DNA from: Epithemia pelagica
Taxonomy: Eukaryota > Protista > Bacillariophyta
Direction of reading: 5' to 3'
Assembly (NCBI GenBank): GCA_946965045.2
Contig: OX337233.1
Span: 3,797,473-3,861,472 of the forward strand
DNA length: 64,000 nucleotides
The notes under the pieces were generated by a model. That model was not told the origin of the DNA, searched no databases, and was given only the letters and a program-made list of their open reading frames with translations. Numbering within the stretch: position 1 is the stretch's first letter; every line of letters starts with the position of its first letter. The position numbers and the translations under genes are program-made. Below are positions 58,279 through 64,000 of the stretch, in pieces.

Positions 58279-61200
58279 ATGGCTTCCCCCTCTAATAATG
58301 GGCCAGGGACTCCTTCTCCATCAAGGAGGAGACCAACGAAGAAAAAAAAGGAAGAGGACAAACTACAGGCTGTCGATGTCACGCTAGTGACCCCCTTTGG
58401 TATGGGATGTCGCCTATGTGGGAAACCGTTCGGAACCAGTCTATGGTCCATGCAAAGGCACCTTAATGGCCATGGTGTGTCTGTCTCACGTTCTGAAAGC
58501 CAGACACTGATAAAACATCAAATGACCCTCCTTCAAGGTGTTATGCAAGACATTTCAAGTGTCTCTGAATATATGACGGGGGAAAAGGTCAAGGGCTATT
58601 CATGTCATTGTCTTGTTGGGAGCTTGAAACTTCAAAATGTGTACAGACATTTGTCCTCGGGTCGTACCTGCGGTGCTCCCTCCCCTACAGAAGAGGAACT
58701 ACAAATCAGTACCTGTGGCCGTATGATTTCCCTCAAGGCATTACAGATCAAGTATTCCTGTCAAGAAGCCCCTTCACTCAAAACAAGCACACAACTACAA
58801 GCAACTCTTCATGTACTCCCCGATATGATGGGGTGTTTCGTACCCCTTTTCCATCCCTTGGCCCAAGACGAACCTTACCCATCCAGGCCCAAGGGAAGGT
58901 CATTCAAGGAACGAGTGCATTTCTTATATGACTCCATCAACTTGAAACACATCATCGACAATCAACCACTCTTTGATTTGTTGTACCATCAAGGAGAAAA
59001 CTGGCTCACAGCACAGGCTGCCCTCCATGTCCAGATGGTTCCAGCAAATTACCGATCAAGGCTGTTGGTCTTTGATGGAGCAAGAAGTCCCAATGCGATT
59101 TCTACTTTCACCTTAACTGCATACCCCAAAAGACTTCTCCCCGAGTTCAAGAAATTGCTCTCGTTCCTGTGTCAAAGCAACCACAAACTTCTGCCACTCA
59201 CTAGAGATATTCCCTCTTTACTGGCAAAGCTTTGTTTAGAAACAGTGGATTCTGTTCAGCATCATACCACAGTCATGACCTACTGCGCGGGGAGAGTTGT
59301 CCGGGGGCAAGAAGGTTCAGAGACACTTTCTGTTTGGAGTCCCTCCTACATTGCGACAATGCTGTCAGCCATTTTGGCCATGCTTCGGGCCAGTATTTGC
59401 TCAATGATATACTTCATGGGACGGGGCTACCATGAGAAAGCTTCTCGGCTGGTGGAAAATGTTCAAAACTCCATCACAGTCAATTTTTTGGCAAGTACGA
59501 TTCGGCGTATGCGGGAGAGAGAGTCGCTCACACCGTCTTCACGGAAAGTGTCCCTTCAAGACAACTACGATATACTTGTTGATGGTTTTATGTTCAAGTT
59601 TCAAAAATGGTCGAACGTCATTCCGATCATCTTTGACAAGTTGGTTGCTTCACTTTGCAAGGTGATCAAGGGTAATCGTTGGGTGAATCTACTGAATCGA
59701 CGATATCCACTGTTCGTGTGTTGGAGTTCTATGGGCAAGACAACAATGACTTTGGCATCGGGTCACAATAATTACTCCCAAGAGGATATTGTTCTTCAGG
59801 ACGACTATGATCTCTGCGACATTGATGTCCTTGCCTCCTATTTGGAATTGGCATTTCATGGAACAGGTTTGGGGTCCATGCGATACACTGAAATTTCTCG
59901 TAGCCTGTTTTCTGACGTGCGGTGGCATGGAGGCTGTGTGTATTACTACTCACACAGTGAAAAAGCGTTCAGTGTTCACCACAAAGGTAAAAATTTGATT
60001 GAGCACAAACTTTGCATGACCTTGAGTCGAGCATACATGGTCTTTCGAGTGCTATGTGAACTTCGCCATGAATCTCTTGGTTGCCTTGTTCCTGTGAGAA
60101 ATAATCGGGCATTCTACATGGGTGATGCTGTGGCAACCATCTTTGGGTTTGAGGATCGCCCGGACTGTACACAAATCAGGCATTTGTGGACATCTGTGTC
60201 CAATGTACTTTTTCCCCAGGTGGATGAGACAGCAATACATAACCAGCATACAACTCAGATGGTCGCAGAGCAGTCGGGTCATAGTTATTGGACCCATAGA
60301 GATCATTATGGATCTCTATCCGGAAACACGAAAGAGGAGTTGTTCATGATATACCACAAGGCTTTGGGAGAAAAATTGGTTCAGAAAGAGACAGTCATTG
60401 CGAAGGGACTCAGTGACGAACAGATACTACTCACATTACGTAAACTGTTTGGGCCTGCTGCCAATTACACTTGCGACCAGCAGCGGGACATGTTGCACTA
60501 CACTTGCTCGGAATATGAGAGACATGGTCACTTTGGCTTGCCGTGTGGAGGGGGTAAATCGATGTCATGGATTTTGCCAACAACCGGGGTGAGGTTGTAT
60601 GGAACCAAACAACAGACAACACTAGTCATTGTTCCCTATAAATTCCTGGCGGGATATCATGACGAGAGTATGATATCTACAGCGAAACAGACTAAAGTTG
60701 ATGTCAGATCAGTGACTTTGACAGCATCAGATTTCTCATTGGGTGAATTACCAGATGTCATTTCTGACATGAAGAACCTTCCCGATGTCGTCTTCATGAG
60801 CTTGGATGCAATTTGGGTGTTGGAACGAAATCACTCGTTCATTCTAAAAGAGTGGGTGACGGCGGGAAAGCTGGGAAGGATCATTGTGGATGAGATTCAC
60901 ACTATTTACTCAGAAATTGGGTTTCGTACACGATTGGAATGTTTGCCTCGGTTGGCAAAATATGAAGTGCCCATTATGACCTTGAGTGGTTCTTTGCCAC
61001 GGAGATTTCTTCCCCCATTAATGAAATATTTGGCCTTATCTAAGGGGACCTTGGATGACATGACAATCTCGCACTCCGACAGGGTTTTGGGTTCCTTCCC
61101 ATCTGGTTTTCGGTTCTCGGTAGTGGTTGATGTCGCTATTCGTTACAAATTCAAAGATTTTATTCAATCCACCATGAACTCTTTTACTCGATTGGGACAT

Positions 61201-62202
61201 GGGATTCATGTCATTGTTGCTTCTAAGCAGCTTGGGATGGATGTTGTTGCAAGTTTGGAAGAAATGTCCCTTGGTCCCGTGGAGTTCGTAACATCGGAGA
61301 CAACAACGAGCAAGCAACGTGCTATTGCCAAGAGATGGTCGGCTTCAGCGATATCAATTCTAGTTTCTTCAACAGTGGCATTGGTGGGCAACGAGAATCC
61401 AAAGTGCCATTGTGTGGTCGTGGTTGGCCATTTGTTTTCCTTGATGTCTGTGGTTCAAGCACTGGGAAGACTTCGTCCCAAACAACGTACTGGGACTTCA
61501 TCCTTTGTGATATTTGCAAACAAATTATCATCAACACGACAAGCGGCAATGGAGAAGGAGGAGATGATGAACTTCCATCGGTTGAGAGAGCTTTGTGTTA
61601 TTGATACCAGTAACGAACAAGATTACATGCAAATTGGAACCATAAAAGGTCTTGTGGACTGGGAGACTGAGAGAGGGAAGTGTCGGGTTGTATCTTTGGC
61701 TGGCAAATTTGGCTCGACGTACGAACAGTGCAACGTATGTGATGTATGTATTGGAAGGCAAAAAATGATCCCTGTAAAAGTAGTTGGAAGCCAAGCCAAA
61801 CAAAAGGAAGAGATTCGTACTACGCAAGTAAATGATGCTATGCTTGTCTTAATGACTTTGAAGGAACGATGTCTTGTGTGTGGTCGGAGAGAATGCCAAG
61901 GTGATGCCTGTTTGACGAAGGGTTGTTTCAATTGCGGGGGAGACCATTTTCGAAGGGACTGTCGGTTCAGTGATTTCTTGACTAACCATTACAAAGGCAG
62001 GATTTGCTACAAGTGTCTCGATTATCATGAGAGACCAGGGTACCAGTCTCATTCGTTGTCAAATTGTCCCTTGAAGAACCGACTGAAGAGACTCCTCATA
62101 TCAGGATCTGTACAAGCTCAGTGCTCACTCGCAGACTACATGGCCACAGTCTACACAAGCGAAAGCACATTCATGGCTTTCCTTGCAAAATCTAAAGTAT
62201 AA
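58279..62202 (+). CDS. Telomere-linked fusion protein: C2H2 finger, tyrosine-recombinase-like domain, RecQ-type SF2 helicase and C-terminal Zn fingers
   Basis: C44/C47/H61/H65 form the finger. YR-like motifs are GSMR535YTEI, K562, TQIR634H, SGH668S and Y677. Helicase motifs are LPCGGGK760S, D871EIH and Q1060ALGR. The RecQ Zn-binding motif is C1135R...C1151xxC1154DxC1157, followed by CxxC..H..C knuckles. The ORF is intronless and points toward the telomere. Confidence 0.85.
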   Translation: MASPSNNGPGTPSPSRRRPTKKKKEEDKLQAVDVTLVTPFGMGCRLCGKPFGTSLWSMQRHLNGHGVSVSRSESQTLIKHQMTLLQGVMQDISSVSEYMTGEKVKGYSCHCLVGSLKLQNVYRHLSSGRTCGAPSPTEEELQISTCGRMISLKALQIKYSCQEAPSLKTSTQLQATLHVLPDMMGCFVPLFHPLAQDEPYPSRPKGRSFKERVHFLYDSINLKHIIDNQPLFDLLYHQGENWLTAQAALHVQMVPANYRSRLLVFDGARSPNAISTFTLTAYPKRLLPEFKKLLSFLCQSNHKLLPLTRDIPSLLAKLCLETVDSVQHHTTVMTYCAGRVVRGQEGSETLSVWSPSYIATMLSAILAMLRASICSMIYFMGRGYHEKASRLVENVQNSITVNFLASTIRRMRERESLTPSSRKVSLQDNYDILVDGFMFKFQKWSNVIPIIFDKLVASLCKVIKGNRWVNLLNRRYPLFVCWSSMGKTTMTLASGHNNYSQEDIVLQDDYDLCDIDVLASYLELAFHGTGLGSMRYTEISRSLFSDVRWHGGCVYYYSHSEKAFSVHHKGKNLIEHKLCMTLSRAYMVFRVLCELRHESLGCLVPVRNNRAFYMGDAVATIFGFEDRPDCTQIRHLWTSVSNVLFPQVDETAIHNQHTTQMVAEQSGHSYWTHRDHYGSLSGNTKEELFMIYHKALGEKLVQKETVIAKGLSDEQILLTLRKLFGPAANYTCDQQRDMLHYTCSEYERHGHFGLPCGGGKSMSWILPTTGVRLYGTKQQTTLVIVPYKFLAGYHDESMISTAKQTKVDVRSVTLTASDFSLGELPDVISDMKNLPDVVFMSLDAIWVLERNHSFILKEWVTAGKLGRIIVDEIHTIYSEIGFRTRLECLPRLAKYEVPIMTLSGSLPRRFLPPLMKYLALSKGTLDDMTISHSDRVLGSFPSGFRFSVVVDVAIRYKFKDFIQSTMNSFTRLGHGIHVIVASKQLGMDVVASLEEMSLGPVEFVTSETTTSKQRAIAKRWSASAISILVSSTVALVGNENPKCHCVVVVGHLFSLMSVVQALGRLRPKQRTGTSSFVIFANKLSSTRQAAMEKEEMMNFHRLRELCVIDTSNEQDYMQIGTIKGLVDWETERGKCRVVSLAGKFGSTYEQCNVCDVCIGRQKMIPVKVVGSQAKQKEEIRTTQVNDAMLVLMTLKERCLVCGRRECQGDACLTKGCFNCGGDHFRRDCRFSDFLTNHYKGRICYKCLDYHERPGYQSHSLSNCPLKNRLKRLLISGSVQAQCSLADYMATVYTSESTFMAFLAKSKV

Positions 62203-62250
62203 GTTTACATAATACCATTCGTTGCGATGTGAGTATTCGGGTTAGTGGAA

Positions 62251-63485
62251 GGTGTGTTTCGTGCAGTGCGAACTTGGAGTATAGTGTTGTGGATATTGTG
62301 GACTTGTGATTTGAGTGTGAATTTGAGTGAGATGTCAATATGCGACATGATTCGCAAGTAATGTGTCTTGAAGATATTAGAATGGTCTATCTATTGATGT
62401 TTTGCGATTTTTGTTCACCAAGTGGCCAGGTGTGTTTCGTGCAGTGCGAACTTGGTGTATAGTGTTGTGGATATTGTGGACTTGTGTTTTGAGTGTGAAT
62501 TTGAGTGAGATGTCAATATGCGACATGATTCGCAAGTAATGTGTCTTGAAGATATTAGAATGGTCTATCTATTGATGTTTTGCGATTTTTGTTCACCAAG
62601 TGGCCAGGTGTGTTTCGTTCAGTGCGAACTTGGTGTATAGTGTTGTGGATATTGTGGACTTGTGTTTTGAGTGTGAATTTGAGTGAGATGTCAATATGCG
62701 ACATGATTCGCAAGTAATGTGTCTTGAAGATATTAGAATGGTCTATCTATTGATGTTTTGCGATTTTTGTTCACCAAGTGGCCAGGTGTGTTTCGTCCAG
62801 TGCGAACTTGGTGTATAGTGTTGTGGATATTGTGGACTTGTGTTTTGAATGTGAATTTGAGTGAGATGTCAATATGCAACATGATTCGCAAAGTGATATG
62901 TCTTGAAGGTATTAGAATGGTTTATCTATTGATGTTTTGCGATTTTTGTTCACCAAGTGGCCAGGTGTGTTTCGTGCAGTGCGAACTTGGTGTATAGTGT
63001 TGTGGATATTGTGGACTTGTGTTTTGAATGTGAATTTGAGTGAGATGTCAATATGCAACATGATTCGCAAAGTGATATGTCTTGAAGGTATTAGAATGGT
63101 CTATCTATTGATGTTTTGCTATTTTTGTTCACCAAGTGGCCAGGCGTGTTTCGTGCAGTGCGAACTTGGTGTATAGTGTTGTGGATATTGTGGACTTGTG
63201 TTTTGAGTGTGAATTTGAGTGAGATGTCAATATGCGACATGATTCGCAAGTGATATGTCTTGAAGATATGAGAATGGTTTATCTATTGATGTTTTGCGAT
63301 TTTTGTTCACCAAGTGGCCAGGTGTGTTTCGTGCAGTGCGAACTTGGTGTATAGTGTTGTGGATATTGTGGACTTGTGTTTTGAGTGTGAATTTGAGTGA
63401 GATGTCAATATGCGACATGATTCGCAAGTAATGTGTCTTGAAGATATTAGAATGGTCTATCTATTGATGTTTTGCGATTTTTGTT
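62251..63485 (+). repeat. Subtelomeric satellite, 178-179 bp x 7 (last unit truncated)
   Basis: Units start at 62251, 62429, 62607, 62785, 62964, 63143 and 63321. The + strand is strongly G+T-rich. Confidence 0.96.
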
Positions 63486-64000
63486 AGGGTTAGGGTTAGG
63501 GTTAGGGTTAGGGTTAGGGTTAGGGTTAGGGTTAGGGTTAGGGTTAGGGTTAGGGTTAGGGTTAGGGTTAGGGTTAGGGTTAGGGTTAGGGTTAGGGTTA
63601 GGGTTAGGGTTAGGGTTAGGGTTAGGGTTAGGGTTAGGGTTAGGGTTAGGGTTAGGGTTAGGGTTAGGGTTAGGGTTAGGGTTAGGGTTAGGGTTAGGGT
63701 TAGGGTTAGGGTTAGGGTTAGGGTTAGGGTTAGGGTTAGGGTTAGGGTTAGGGTTAGGGTTAGGGTTAGGGTTAGGGTTAGGGTTAGGGTTAGGGTTAGG
63801 GTTAGGGTTAGGGTTAGGGTTAGGGTTAGGGTTAGGGTTAGGGTTAGGGTTAGGGTTAGGGTTAGGGTTAGGGTTAGGGTTAGGGTTAGGGTTAGGGTTA
63901 GGGTTAGGGTTAGGGTTAGGGTTAGGGTTAGGGTTAGGGTTAGGGTTAGGGTTAGGGTTAGGGTTAGGGTTAGGGTTAGGGTTAGGGTTAGGGTTAGGGT
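63484..64000 (+). repeat. Telomere (TTAGGG)n, about 86 units to the window end
   Basis: Uninterrupted TTAGGG array with the G-rich strand running 5'->3' toward the end. Confidence 0.99.

Noticed and set aside
62251-63485. CRISPR-like array, or coding role for the 79-aa ORFs in the repeat
   Set aside because: No unique spacers, no cas genes and a eukaryotic context. The ORFs are frame accidents of the repeat unit.

Overview
Right-hand end of a eukaryotic chromosome, most likely from a pennate diatom. Support: a fucoxanthin-chlorophyll LHC with an ASAFAP bipartite plastid signal, short GT-AG introns, a diatom-type Copia remnant and a (TTAGGG)n telomere. From left to right: (1) the tail of a Lys/Gly/Tyr-rich protein. 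(2) Three tandem paralogues built from a ~135-aa six-Cys extracellular repeat domain, one intact and two disrupted. (3) LHC and N-myristoyltransferase. (4) A complete PIF/Harbinger transposon with perfect 15-bp TIRs, a TTA TSD and both ORFs open, followed by a 764-bp foldback element. (5) NRT2, GT25-like and GT92-like glycosyltransferases, a plastid-targeted unknown and a 1855-aa low-complexity protein. (6) An ABCB transporter with the permuted order TMD-NBD-NBD-TMD. (7) Ataxin-3/Josephin, a PhyH-like dioxygenase, a kelch protein and a truncated Copia. (8) A terminal module: an intronless 1307-aa gene fusing a C2H2 finger, a tyrosine-recombinase-like domain with the catalytic R-K-R-H-Y set and a RecQ-type helicase, then seven ~178-bp repeats and the telomere. 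The terminal module is the best candidate for an undescribed system. All family calls come from motif recognition by eye; no database searches were run.
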